Shown piece by piece: positions 47,261 to 59,855 of a DNA stretch of 64,000 nucleotides. The DNA is taken from assembly GCF_964355755.1 (NCBI RefSeq), contig NC_092670.1, forward strand, positions 1,912,201-1,976,200. Reading direction: 5' to 3'. The position numbers and the translations under genes were made by a program. This DNA is from Antedon mediterranea. Lineage: Eukaryota; Animalia; Echinodermata. The notes under the pieces are model-generated. The model was given only the letters and a program-made list of their open reading frames with translations, did no database searches and had not been told where the DNA came from. Each line of letters begins with the position of its first letter. The stretch's first letter is position 1.

Positions 47261-49426
47261 ATAGAGTAGGCCTAGGTGATATCCTCTGGCGAACAATTGC
47301 ACTCCCATCAATGGTAGTACTATTTGGGTTGGTAGCAAAAGTGATTGTTAAAGATTATTATTTTTTTATTTTTTTTATTTATTTGATTTGGATTTATATA
47401 GCGCTTTTCCAAGTGACCAAAGCGCTGTACAATTGATAATACTATATACTCAACTTGAACTAATACTACAAAAACAAAATTACCATTACAAATGCCAAGG
47501 TCGGAATACCCCTTGTGCTACTCTTTATTATTACTTTAATATTATTATACCCTGTATGTAGCTGTACTTTATTCTACTCATCGTGTTTTCTTCATTTTTT
47601 TAAACTTGTATCTATATGGTATTATATTATTTTCATAATATCTATTTTTAATTAATTAGGCAATCCCCCCACAAGATTATCATTTTTTTGGGATCCTGCC
47701 ATCGTCCATTTTTTTTAACAAAATAAATGTTTTTTTAATTGATTGAAAAGGCTTATTGATATTAGCTAGTTTATTGTCACACAGCCGCAACTACGGCTCT
47801 TTCGGACATGTAATTTCTGGTAACCACCGGTAAACAACGGTAAATAGCCACAACTGTACAACTCGCAATATAAAAAGTATATTTAATAATCACGTTTGGC
47901 AAAACAATTCTTTCCTTTCTAATCCAAACCCCAACAAAAAAAATCCCCACAAACAAAAACCCACCAATTCTCAAACAATGATACAGTATCCCTATTCCCA
48001 ACACAATTTATACAATTCCCCAAATTTCCCGATCCTTCCAGACAAAATATCAACAATCTTCTTATTGTCAAATAAATCTCAGAACCCCCCCCCCCCCCTC
48101 CCCCCCCAACAAATAATATAGGTCCACAATTTTGTTACTTCTTGTCTTCTTCTGACTCGATGCAGACACAAAACAAATTAGAAAGATAAAAGTTAAAACG
48201 ATTCTGCAACTAAACAACTCCCACGCCTCGGTTCCCGTTCTTCTGGTATTATCCATTATAATTGTTCCCAAACTGCATCTATTTTCTGCCATATAAATAA
48301 ATTAAATATAAAGTTAAAATGTTTCTTTATGTCGTTCTATACTCCCAATCCGCTCCCCGACCAATTATTTCTTTCTCCTTTTCCACGTAAAATAATATCA
48401 GTATCAGTAAAGTTACTCTTCAATACTTTGAACAATTCTTTAAATGTAACTAATTCTGCTATTTCCAACAGTTACTTCTTCTTTCAATTTACATACACAA
48501 TTTCAATTAATCCTCAGTAATCTCCCCAGTAATCTCCCCAAGTAAAAGTTCTCAATACATTTTAATTACAGCCTTAACTTATATCACTTTAATTCCTTTA
48601 TGCTTCTGCTTTATCACCACAACAATTACAATTTCTTCTCCACTGTACGTCTTAGTTTATCATATCAATGTTCTCCTATCCCTTTCTTGCTTAACATAAC
48701 ATAGCCCTCCTTCTCTGTCTCCTCTCATTTTTCATCTCCTTCAAAATTCCCTCAATTGTACACATACCACCTTATCCTTCTCCACCAATCAGCAACACAC
48801 ACCCTAACTTAACTCTTATACCTCTCCTCCAATCAACAACCTCCACACAAGCCTTCTTTTCAACACAAATACTCTGCTCCACTGGCTTCACACAATAGCT
48901 TCCTAAAACAAAATATCCGGGAGCCCATGAAAATTTGTTTGGCATTGCGAGTACAAAAGGTCTGAGGCATAGAATATGTCAAGTGGGGTCCTGGAACCAT
49001 CAAACGGCCGTTCTTAAGTTCCCGCCCCTGTACCAACTCTAGGGAGGGGCGCTCAAAATACCCCAAAATTTGATTTAATTAGCATAATCGAGTACATAAA
49101 TTAAACCAATGTTAAAATGTTTATTTTTAGGGTTTAATTGAAGATCTCCGTCATTCTTAAGTGTCAACTCCTGTACTTAGTCCACTAATTAGCGCTAATT
49201 AGCATTTTAATTAGCATGGTCGAGTACATCGATGAAACCTTTGACAATACAATAAGTACATTTATCCAACTGAGAAAACGTAATTCTTAAGGGCCAAATC
49301 CTGTACCATGACCCCTTAAGAAAGTGTCAAAGGTCAATGTATGTCCCACCCGGACTTAATTAAAATATGAGTACACATGTGAAACCAATGCTAAAATGTA
49401 TATTTTTAGAGTTTAATTGAAGATCT

Positions 49427-49720
49427 ATTTTATTTATTTATTTATTTTATTTTATGTCTTTAGGCACTGTGGCCAAGGATTACCAATAGTGAATTAATCA
49501 CTGTCCTATCAGATAGGTGGTAATCCCCCTGATACAGAGGCTATTGTGTGAACCAGTTCACCGGGGTAACCCCCTACTCTTTTTCGAATAATGAACTGGG
49601 TTCTTTAAAGTACACACAGGTTATAACTGTGTACACTGGACCTACGGTTTATAGTCCTTATCCGAGAAGACTTGTTCCACCACCAGAACTAGGAGCGAGT
49701 CGGCCTCGAACCCGAGGCTT
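49427..49720 (-). mobile_element. 5'-truncated tRNA-derived SINE with Deu/Nin-like central domain
   Basis: Minus strand: B-box GGTTCGAGGC, then GGATAAGGACTATAAACCGTAGGTCC...TTAAAGAACCC...TTCGAAAAGAGTAGGGGTTACCCCGGTG, then an (AAAT)n tail. Family assignment is from recalled consensus. Confidence 0.7.
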
Positions 49721-49916
49721 AAGAAAGTAATTAATTAGTGGTCATTAAAAATAAGAAGGTTCAAGTACATCGATGAAACCTTGGAAAGTACAATAAGTAA
49801 GTTTAACCAACTGAGAAAACGTAAAGTTCCAAATCCTGTACCATGACCCCTTAAGAAAGGGTCATAGGTCAATGTATGTCCCACCTGAACGTTAATTAGC
49901 ATATGAGTAGTACATT

Positions 49917-50717
49917 GGTTCCGGTCGGTTCCGGCTTTTTGCCGGCCTTTCGCCATCCGGTATTTCGACACCGGCCCATTTCCTCCAAGTCCATTTTGAC
50001 ACCCGGGCTTTTGCCACCCGGCCCTTTGCCTCCCGATCTGAGAGTGTTATTTGCCCTTTTTAATTAGGCCTGCAATTAAATTTAAATGAACGCAAGATTA
50101 AAATGTGTAAATCATTTTAATTAATGAATTGCTTTTCTATGGTATAGATCCAGATGTTTAAAGTTTTCCGATAATTGTTAAAGTAGACCACCTTGATTAC
50201 CACTTAATTTGTATTTTATCCAAATAAATGTGTACAATTTCGTTACTGATTTCATGAGGACAAAAGCCTATGATATACAGAATCTTCAATTGACTGTCAC
50301 AAAACAATTCGTAAAAACAACTGTTTAATTAACATTGATCAGTAGCATTTCCACTGGATGAGAATATCGGACCTAATTATCTCTATATCGTGATATTAGA
50401 TTTTTTTTAAATCCCACGATCTTGTATACCATCATTGGTCACAGATCTCAGATGGTTTAATGAATTGGCTCCCCCAGTCACAAATGATTTTACTGAGAGC
50501 GGGGGAAAGTATAGCCCTATTATATTCGCCCAGACGCTACGCGCCTTTGTAGCAGGCCGGGTGGCAACAGGCCAGTTGGAAACTAAGCGATGGCCACAGA
50601 CTGGGTGGAAAATTGCCGGGTGACAACAGGCCTGGTGTCAAATGGCCGGTAGTGGCAATGTGCCGGGGTGGCAATGTGCCGGGTGGCAATTTGCCAGGTG
50701 GAAAAATTGCTAGACCG
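49917..50717. mobile_element. Degenerate fold-back MITE with short subterminal repeats
   Basis: Left TT(C/T)GCCA(C/T)CCGG-type units mirrored by right CCGGGTGGCAA units; TSD not resolved. Confidence 0.5.
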
Positions 50718-52383
50718 TGAGAACACAATGTTAAACCAATGCTAACATGTTTATATTTAAAGACAACTGAAGATCCATCACCTGTATGCCTACCTATTCC
50801 GCTTATTAAGAAAACCACTAATAATGACGACGACAACAACACCTGGCTGGTAAAAAAATTAATGTCCGTGATCATTGGATGGGCCCAGATTATAATTAGA
50901 AGCATTTTTGCAGAATATGAAAGGTTACGGATGTTTGTTGGGTTGGCCACGACAATATTACGATAGCTCGAATAAGGAAGGATGAGTAAGGATAATGGGT
51001 TTTGAGAATACTAGAGGGGAGGAAGGAAGATAACTAAGATAAGATAGGATTCCAAGACACACTTTTTTCTCAGAGAGTTTCCATGATGAGAGGCTGTTAT
51101 TAATGATAACCCAATGAAATTTAATAGATTTAACTGATGGGATTTCATGGTTTTCAATAAAGTTTTAAGTATGGACACGTCAGCATTATTATTACTCCAA
51201 ATAAGATGTTATGATTGGGTTGAGGGAGAGTTTGTTAGGAGCAAAGTAGTGGGACAAGGAGATAACATTATTACAGTATAATTAGTATTAAAGGTGTCAA
51301 AAGAGTTTGAATGTTTTCATACAGTGTGGTATGCATCCGCGTAACGAAAAATTAATTTTGAGGAGCGCGGTGAACATCAGCGATGTAAAGAGTGAAACTA
51401 GGCATCAGGTACTGATATTGCAGTCATCCTGATGTATCAGCGTGATTAGATGTTGGAAGAAAAACCGTAGATACATCAGCAACACCAATGTACGAGTTAC
51501 TTTGACATCAGATATGTGTGTCGCGCTACCATGATTCCATGCCTTGTGACCATCCCAGTTCATTTCTTCGTAAAGAAAAGGCCAGACCCAAAAAGTTGTT
51601 GAAGAGCTAACTAAAAATATATACACCGTCAAAATAATCAGAAGATTCGTAAAATATCGCTATCATATAAAGATCCAAGAAGTAAAACACCAAGTTGACA
51701 CTAAACAAACATAGATCTTTAAAAAATCTTACAGACCAAAATCATCATCAAACAATCCATTGGAAAAGCTGAAAACAATAAATAGCAGTTCCATTCCACT
51801 GTGTGAGGCAGAATCGAGCTATTTTTTGAAGGAAAGAAGGAAGGAAAACCCAGATGCCAGACCAGGAGAAATGTGATGAATGATAACGACGTTGACAATG
51901 GCGTCTCTTTTGATTAGTTTGCATGTGATTTGTAGTATTAAACTTTTACTACAATTCATAATTTGAATGATAGTGAGAGAGATTATTGAAGAGAGTAGGT
52001 TTTTATATTTAAGAAGTATTTTTATTTAGGAAGTAGTTATTATTATTATTTAGGAATTATTATTTTTTATATTTGGAGAGTTAGGTTTTTATTTAGGAAG
52101 GTGTTTGTTTTATATAATATTTTCTTACACCATTTTTAGTACCGGTTGGAACCAATTCTGATGAATATTGCTGGCAAAACCTTCCGGGAGAACAGTGACC
52201 GGCGCACAGATCTACATTTTGTTATTTGTCCCATTTAATTGTAAAAAGAAACTTTGTTTATGTTAACATTATTTTCCAACATTTTAATTTCACTATTCAG
52301 TATCAAAACTAAGACTTACCATTTTTTTTTCAGTTACTAATACCCAGTAGACTTTCACAGTACTACTATACCAACACATAATA

Positions 52384-54486
52384 ATGAATCTATACAAATG
52401 TGAACATTGTGGAGATAAACTTATGTTAAATGATTTGAAGATACATTTGGGGATTGATATGGAGACTAAGAATGAACTACTCAATGATGATTTCACGTTG
52501 AACGTTCAAACACACCAGGAGTTTAAACTTCTTCGATGTCAAGTCAACATTGTCAGACTTGGTTTAGATTTAAATTGTGGGTGGAGCAGACATTTGGGAG
52601 AGTACACAGGAGAGACACCATATGAATGTGAACATTGTGGGAAGAAATTCAAACAGAATGACGATCTAAAAAAGCATTTGAGAGTACACACAAAAGAGAC
52701 ACCATATGAATGTGAACATTGTGGAAAGAAATTCAACCAGAATGACGATCTGAAGAAACATTTGAGAGTACACACAAAAGAAACACCATATGAATGTGAA
52801 CATTGTGGAAAGAAATTCAACCACAATGACGGTTTGAAAAAACATTTGAGAGTACACATAAGAGAGACACCATATGAATGTGAACATTGTGGAAAGAAGT
52901 TCAACCATATTGGGAATTTGAAAAATCATTTAAGAATACACACAAGAGAGAAACCATATAAATGTGAACATTGTGGGAAGAAATTTAAACAGAAAGGGAA
53001 TTTAAAAATACATTTGAGAATACACACAGGAGAAACACCATATTTATGTGAACATTGTGGAAAGAAATTTAAACAGAGTGGGCAATTAAAAATGCACATG
53101 AGAGTGCACACATACACAGGAGAGACATATGAATGTGAACATTGTGGTAATAAATTTAAAAATGGCAGTACTCTGAACAGACACTCGAGAGTACACACAG
53201 GAGAGGCACCAAATGAAGTGTCACCTGATATGGTTAAACAGAAGGGGCGATTACAAACGCATATGGGAGTGCACCGAAGAGAGACATCATATGAATGTGA
53301 ATATTGTGGAAAGAAATTTAAACAGAATGAGCATTTAAAAAAACATTTGAGAGTGCACACAGGAGAGGCACCATATGAATGTGAAGATTGTGGAAAGAAA
53401 TTCAACCAGAATGACGATCTGAAAAAACATTTGAGAGTGCACGCAGAAAAGAAAGATTTGAAGAAACATCTGAGAGTACACACAGAAGAGACACCATATG
53501 AATGTGTACATTGTGGAAAGAAGTTCAACCAGAATTACGATTTGAAAAGACATATGAGAATACACACAGGAGAGAAACCATATGAATGTAAACATTGTGG
53601 AAAGAGGTTTAATGATGGTGGTAATTGGAAAAGACATTTAAGAATACACACAGAAGAGACACCATATGAATGTGAATATTGTGGAAAGAAATACAACCAC
53701 ATTGAGAGTTTGAAAAGACATATGAGAATACACACAGGAGAGAAGCCATATGAATGTAAACATTGTGGAAAGAGGTTTAATGATTGTGGTAATTGGAAAA
53801 GACATTTAAGAATACACATAGAAGAGGCACCATATGAATGTGAACATTGTGAAAAGAAATTTAAAAGTCTTAGTACTCTGAACAGACACTCGAGAATGAA
53901 CACAGGAGAGGCACAAAATGAATGTGGGAAAAAATTAGGACAGAAGGGGCGATTACAAACGCATATGGGAGTGCACCCAGGAGAGAGATCATATGAATGT
54001 GAACATTGTGAAAAGAAATTTAAAAATCGTAGTAGTCTGAACAGACACTCGAGAGTGCACACAGGAGAGGCACCATATGAATGTGAACATTGTGGAAAGA
54101 AATTTAAATATGTAAGTGGGTTAAGGAAACATTGTAGAATCCATACAGGAGAGATGCCATATGATTCTGAAGAATGTGGGAACAAATTAAGATATAGAAC
54201 TGAATTGAGAGCACATTCTAGATCAAACACAAGAGAGGCACCTGCATTTAAACATTGTGGGAAAATATTGAAACAGAACGGGCGATTAAAAACGCATATG
54301 GGATTGTATCCAGGAGAGAAAACTTGTGAATGTGAAGATTGTGGAAAGAAATTTAAATATGCAAGTAGGTTAAGGAGACATCTGAGAATCCATACAGGTG
54401 AGATGCCATATGAATGTAAACAATGTGGGGAAAAATTTAGATATAGAACCAGTCTGAGGAGACATTTGATAAAACATTTAGACTGA
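52384..54486 (+). CDS. Tandem C2H2 zinc-finger protein (17 intact and ~7 degenerate fingers)
   Basis: 700-aa ORF of YECEHCGKKF...L..H.R.H repeats with TGE(K/T/A)PY linkers. No effector domain in this exon; upstream exons not identified. Confidence 0.93.
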   Translation: MNLYKCEHCGDKLMLNDLKIHLGIDMETKNELLNDDFTLNVQTHQEFKLLRCQVNIVRLGLDLNCGWSRHLGEYTGETPYECEHCGKKFKQNDDLKKHLRVHTKETPYECEHCGKKFNQNDDLKKHLRVHTKETPYECEHCGKKFNHNDGLKKHLRVHIRETPYECEHCGKKFNHIGNLKNHLRIHTREKPYKCEHCGKKFKQKGNLKIHLRIHTGETPYLCEHCGKKFKQSGQLKMHMRVHTYTGETYECEHCGNKFKNGSTLNRHSRVHTGEAPNEVSPDMVKQKGRLQTHMGVHRRETSYECEYCGKKFKQNEHLKKHLRVHTGEAPYECEDCGKKFNQNDDLKKHLRVHAEKKDLKKHLRVHTEETPYECVHCGKKFNQNYDLKRHMRIHTGEKPYECKHCGKRFNDGGNWKRHLRIHTEETPYECEYCGKKYNHIESLKRHMRIHTGEKPYECKHCGKRFNDCGNWKRHLRIHIEEAPYECEHCEKKFKSLSTLNRHSRMNTGEAQNECGKKLGQKGRLQTHMGVHPGERSYECEHCEKKFKNRSSLNRHSRVHTGEAPYECEHCGKKFKYVSGLRKHCRIHTGEMPYDSEECGNKLRYRTELRAHSRSNTREAPAFKHCGKILKQNGRLKTHMGLYPGEKTCECEDCGKKFKYASRLRRHLRIHTGEMPYECKQCGEKFRYRTSLRRHLIKHLD

Positions 54487-54903
54487 GGCACAAAACATCG
54501 TAAAGGATCCCTGATATGGGGCATGTTACCAGGCACAAAGCATCGTAAAGGATCACTGATATGGGGCATGTTACCAGGCACAAAGCATCGTAAAGGATCC
54601 CTGATATATGGGGCACGTTACCAGGCACAAAGCATCGTAAAGGATCACTGATATGGGGCATGTTACCAGGCACAAAGCATCGTAAAGGATCCCTGATATG
54701 GGGCATGTTACCAGGCACAAAGCATTGTAAAGGATCCCTGATATGGGGCATGTTACCAGGCACAAAGCATCGTAAAGGATCCCTGATATGGGGCATGTTA
54801 CCAGGCACAAAGCATCGTAAAGGATCCCTGTAGTACTGTAGTACTGTAGTACCGTAGTACCGTAGTACCGTAGTACCGTTGTACCGTAGTACCGTAGTAC
54901 TGT
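54487..54903. repeat. 45-bp minisatellite (~7.6 copies) followed by an 8-bp (GTAGTAC[C/T])n array
   Basis: Unit AGGCACAAAGCATCGTAAAGGATCCCTGATATGGGGCATGTTACC, period 54531 to 54576; begins at the ZNF stop codon. Confidence 0.95.
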
Positions 54904-55829
54904 ATTTGTAAAAGAACTATTTCAGATTGCACACAGAAGAGAAACCACATGAATGCGAAAATTGTCCGAACAAAATTAAAATTTTGAGAATCTGAGAGCA
55001 CATTTGAGATTACACACACCGGAGAGACCATGAATGTAAACTTAAAAACTCGTTAAAAATACACACACACACAAACAGAAATAGGAAAATTATCAAAAAA
55101 TTACAATATTTTAATTTAATATCAGTACAGTAATTAATCTGTGATTAGAAGCAGTACAACTTTATTTTAGATAAAGTTATTAACTTGTGTGATAGGAACT
55201 TAATATTCCTTATTTGTCTGACCTCCTTTCTGTGTTTTTTTTTTCTTGTAATCTTATGTCCTTTTGGAGGAAATGAATATATTAATTAATCTATTATTTA
55301 ACTTTAATTTTTTTTAATTATTAAAATTTAATTCAAATAAATAGTAGTGTTGATATGTATTTTATTTAATTTCTTCATTAAGCCTTGATGATCGGCCGTG
55401 TGTTTCATGCTAGCGCCCTCATGACCACGCCGGACGTGATGTCTAGCGGCCTCGGACGCGTAGTTACTAATTTAAGTAGTAAATTAATCGGTTCTAGGAC
55501 ACCTACCCCCTAGACAGTTACCCCCGGATGTTTACCACCCGGACAACTACCCCCTTAGGACAAACTACCCACCGGACAACTACCCCCGGACAACTACCCC
55601 CCGGACAACTACCCCCCTTAGGATAACAAACCCCCGGACAACTACCCCCCCCCCCCGGACAACCACCCCTTTAGGACAACTACCCCCTTAGGATAACTAC
55701 CCCCCGGGTAACTATCCCCGGGTAACTACCCCTCCCCCCGGTCAACTACCCCCCCCCCCCCCCCCCAATCCAAAAGTAGACAAATATATATGACCGGTTT
55801 CTGTAAAAATGAAATCATCTGTTTTTAAC

Positions 55830-56234
55830 GGGTGTTTCGAAACTAGAGACCTGACACGAGACCCAATACGAAAAGGGAGATCTATATTCGGGTCTCTCTT
55901 TTCGTATATTAGGGTCTCCCTTTTCGTATAGTGTGGTCTCTCTTTTCGTATAGGGGGTCTCCCTTTTCTTATAGTGGGTCTCCCTTTTCGTATATTTGGG
56001 TCTCCCATTTTGTATATTTGGGTCTCCCTTTTCGTATATTTGGGTCTCCCTTTTCGTATATTTAGGTCTCTCTTTTCGTATATTAGGGTATCCCTTTTCG
56101 TATAGTGGGGTCTCCCTTTTCGTATAGTGGGGTTTCCCTTTTCGTACGTGGGTCTCCCTTTTCGTATATTTAGATCTCCCTGTTCGTATTGGGTCTCGGG
56201 TCTCTGGTCTCTGGTCTCTAGTTTCGAAACACCC
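55830..56234. mobile_element. Mutator-like MITE, 9-bp TSD, with internal ~21-22-bp tandem array
   Basis: TIR GGGTGTTTCGAAACTAGAGACC; TSD GTTTTTAAC on both sides; internal GGGTCTCCCTTTTCGTATA repeats. Confidence 0.9.
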
Positions 56235-57815
56235 GTTTTTAACCGATTATTCTGTTTAACAGCACGCTATACCCTATAGATGTGCTAGATTTAAAGTACC
56301 GTATTTATTGAAAAAACGGCCTGGGCTGTTTATTGTTTAGGTGGTTTTTAGGTGGACATTTATTGGAAGAAAGTTGTTTATTCAATGGGAGGGGGTATAA
56401 TCTAATGGAAATAGACGCCGCTTATTCCATATGATGTTTCATGGGAGTGACATGGTCACCGTTTATTTGAGGGGAATTTATTTAAAGATCGCCGTTTATT
56501 CGGTGAGTGAACATTGAGGTCAAATATCAAAAGTGATATTATTCTTCAAGTGTACAAAAATACATATATGACAAATTTTAGACAAAAATTAATTCTTTCA
56601 AGACCAGTGGTTATTATCGAAGCATTGTCCTGACGCAAAAATTATTATTATTATTAGCGAACCCAGTCTTTACAGTAAATACAGGGAGTACTATATACAG
56701 TAATACGTTCGACTATCCTATGATCATGTGTGACAATCTTCAGTTTATACCAGGCTATATTTATGTTCAATCTTTTACTTTTGTTTACAATAATGAATAG
56801 TAATTCGTCAAAGTAACGAATTAAAATATAGTTATTAATTCCTATTATACACTGTTGCAGAGTCAGGTTGTTGAATGGTCTGGGTGGTAGTTGTCCGTCC
56901 GGGGGGTAGTTGTTCTAAAGGGATAGTTGTCTTGGTGGTAGTTGTCCAGGGGTTAGTTGTCCTATGGAGGTATTTGTCCTAAAAGATTATTTTCCCTCGG
57001 AGTATTGTCCAGGTCCAGGAGGTAGTTGCCCTACGGGGAGTATTGTGTCAGAGGTAGTTGTCCGCGGGGTAATTACCCGGGAGGGGGAGGGGTAATTCTC
57101 CGGGAATAATTGTCAGGGGGTAATTGTTCCTAGGGGGTAGTTGTCCAGGGGTTAGTTGTCCTACGGAGGTAGTTGTCCTAAAAGATTATTTGCCCTTGGA
57201 GTATTGTCCAGGAAGTAGTTGTCCTACGGGGAGTATTGTGTCAGAGGTAGTTGTCCGCGGGGTAATTACCCGGGGGGTCGGGTAATGGTCAGGGGGGTAG
57301 TTGTCCAGGGGGTAGTTGTCCTAAGGGGGTTGTTGTCCTAAGGGGGTAATTGTCCGGGGGATATTTGTCCGGGGGTAGTTGTCCTAAAGGGGTAGTTGTC
57401 CTAAGGGGGTAGTGGTCCAGGTGGTGGTTGTCCGGGGGGCGATTTTTTTTTTCGTACATAAGTTGGGGACCCCTCATGAAACGTCACAAAATAAACATGA
57501 ATAATTCATCAGTTAAATGTGTTGTTCCGCGTGCACCCAAGCGTATAGCAACAAGAAGCGATTACACAACTGCGATACGATACTTTCTACAGTAGGCCTA
57601 GGATTCTAAGTCAATTCACGCGATTGCCTTCGCGCACTCTTCTTCACACAAAATGTGTCGAGTCGAGGCTAATCGACAGCTAGGCAAGACATTAAACTAA
57701 GTAGTAATTCATTGGACATAGCCCAAAGAAAGCTTAGACCCACAAGAATAAAGAATGTGTATAATTTGTGTACTGTATTTTTTTTAATTCTGCTATTTTA
57801 TTATCAAACAATGCA

Positions 57816-59501
57816 GGGTGTGTAGAAAGCGACGACCTCGAATTGGACGACCCCAACGACCCGGGCGACCTCGAATTGGACGACCTAGAATTGGACGACC
57901 CATAACACGAAACCGACGACCCCTATAATAGCCTAGCCTAGCCTAGGCCTAAGTATGGTATAACATCCCGAAGCCGAACATAACCAAAGATCTTTAAACC
58001 ATACCTTATATAATACTCGCAAGCAAGCAATTGATTGAAAAAATACAGAAATATCGCCATTTGATACTGAATGTGTCGACACGAACAAACGAACAGATAT
58101 GGAACGCCAAGAGTGCATCATTAAAACTGCATTCGACTCGATTAGCACACGAAATATCATAAACATGGCAAACCAGGCCCTTTTTCAGCGGCAGGTAAGG
58201 TTTGACCGTATACAATGCATGTGTGAAATGTAAAGCTTTCTTATGGCCCTCCCCATGCAGGATTAGGCCAAGTTGAGCCGCCGACAAGTTGAGGCGCCGC
58301 CAAAAACGTTATTTTCTATGAAACGCCAAATGCTTACTTTCGCCGGTGCTCGTTTCTATTTAATAGAAGTTCTATTTCTATTAATTATTAGATATAAATG
58401 TATATTCCAAAGTTTATATATCACGGTTTTTAGTATATATTATTAAATATTATAATTAAAGAGAAATAATTATGAATATCTGACTTGTAGATTCCAAAAT
58501 ATAAGGCCTAAAACATGACCGAAAATGATCGTTTTTAGCCAAAAATGACGTAAACATGTTGCCCCCTCAGGCGGCAGTTGAAGTAAAATAATTGCATAAA
58601 ATCACCGTTTTTTAGTATAATATTTTGTGTATTAACATTGTAAAATTCAATAAAATATGATATTAAAAGATAGTAAATAAAAAATAATAATTATTTAACC
58701 TCATTCGAAGAATATCAATACTCTATTAGTCCTGAGAGACAACGTGATTTTACGTGGTAGGCATACACACGAGAAAAATATTATGGAGTGCACTGCATTT
58801 TTACCTTGAAAGATTAAAAACAATTAAATTATTAAATATGACTACTTTCCTTTGCTGTTTCAAACCAACAAAATTGTAGTATGTAATTATTATTTATTTT
58901 CATGACACAATAAACCTAAAGACCATGAACTTATATAGGGCCTACTAGGACACCACTCTATCACTACGCGAAATGTCGTAAAAGACGCACTGGCCGTTTC
59001 ATAGAAATTACCGGCGGCTCAATTTGTCGGCGGCCCAACCGGTCATATCCCCCCATGCACATGTTACGCTGCTTGGTAGGCCTATAGTGTTCGTTATAAG
59101 AAGACAAGATGTAATTATACGTCCATGGTTTAACCATGTATTGTATAATATTTATTTCTTTTTAATTTATTTTTAATATGTCGAATGCAGTTTTAATTAT
59201 GCACTCTTGGCGTTCCATATATTTTCGTTTGTTCGTGTCGACACAATCAGTATCAAATGGCGATATTTCTGTATTTTTTCAATCAATTGCTTGCTTGCGA
59301 GTATTATATAATAAGGTATAGTTTAAAGATCTTTGGCTATGTTCGGCTTCGGGATGTTATACCACACTTAGGCCTAGGCTAGGCTAGGCTATAGGGGTCG
59401 TCGGTTTCGTGTTATGGGTCGTTCAATTCGAGGTCGTTCAATTCGAGGTCGCCCGGGTCGTTGGGGTCGTCCAATTCGAGGTCGTCGCTTTCTACACACC
59501 C
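57816..59501. mobile_element. Mutator-like MITE, ~320-bp TIRs, 10-bp TSD
   Basis: TIR GGGTGTGTAGAAAGCGACGACCTCGAATTGGACG... (to ~58137, mirrored from ~59180); TSD AAACAATGCA. Confidence 0.92.
58260..59050. mobile_element. Mutator-like MITE, 9-bp TSD (innermost)
   Basis: Imperfect TIR GGATTAGGCCAAGTTGAGCCGCCGACAAGTTGAG vs rc GGATATGACCGGTTGGGCCGCCGACAAATTGAG; TSD CCCCATGCA. Confidence 0.85.
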
Positions 59502-59855
59502 AAACAATGCATGTACTCAAAGGAACTTTAAAAATGCGCGTATTTTATGAACACATGAGATGGGAAGATTAGACCCACGAGAATAAAAACTGTATTTTTG
59601 TGTAATGTTTATTGTTTAATTTTGCTGACTTATTACTCGGATTGTGTCATACCTATAACACACACACACACACACACAGCTCTACTAGAATAGACATATG
59701 TTTAGAGACTAATAATTAGGCCTAGGCCTAATAGTATTAATAGAAACTATAATTTTAACACATAATTCTTTAGTAATAAATTATATTAAAAACACTATCA
59801 TAAACTAAAGGCTGATTGTTTCGACAATCCACACAAAACGCCGCTGTTCTTCTAA

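Noticed and set aside
47780-48850. Strand-skewed C/T-rich segment with a poly-C tract as a retroelement or gene
   Set aside because: No recognisable protein motif or termini could be read; left unclassified.
52539-54810. Long minus-strand ORFs (121, 200, 348 and 123 aa)
   Set aside because: Antisense shadows of the C2H2 array and the 45-bp repeat.
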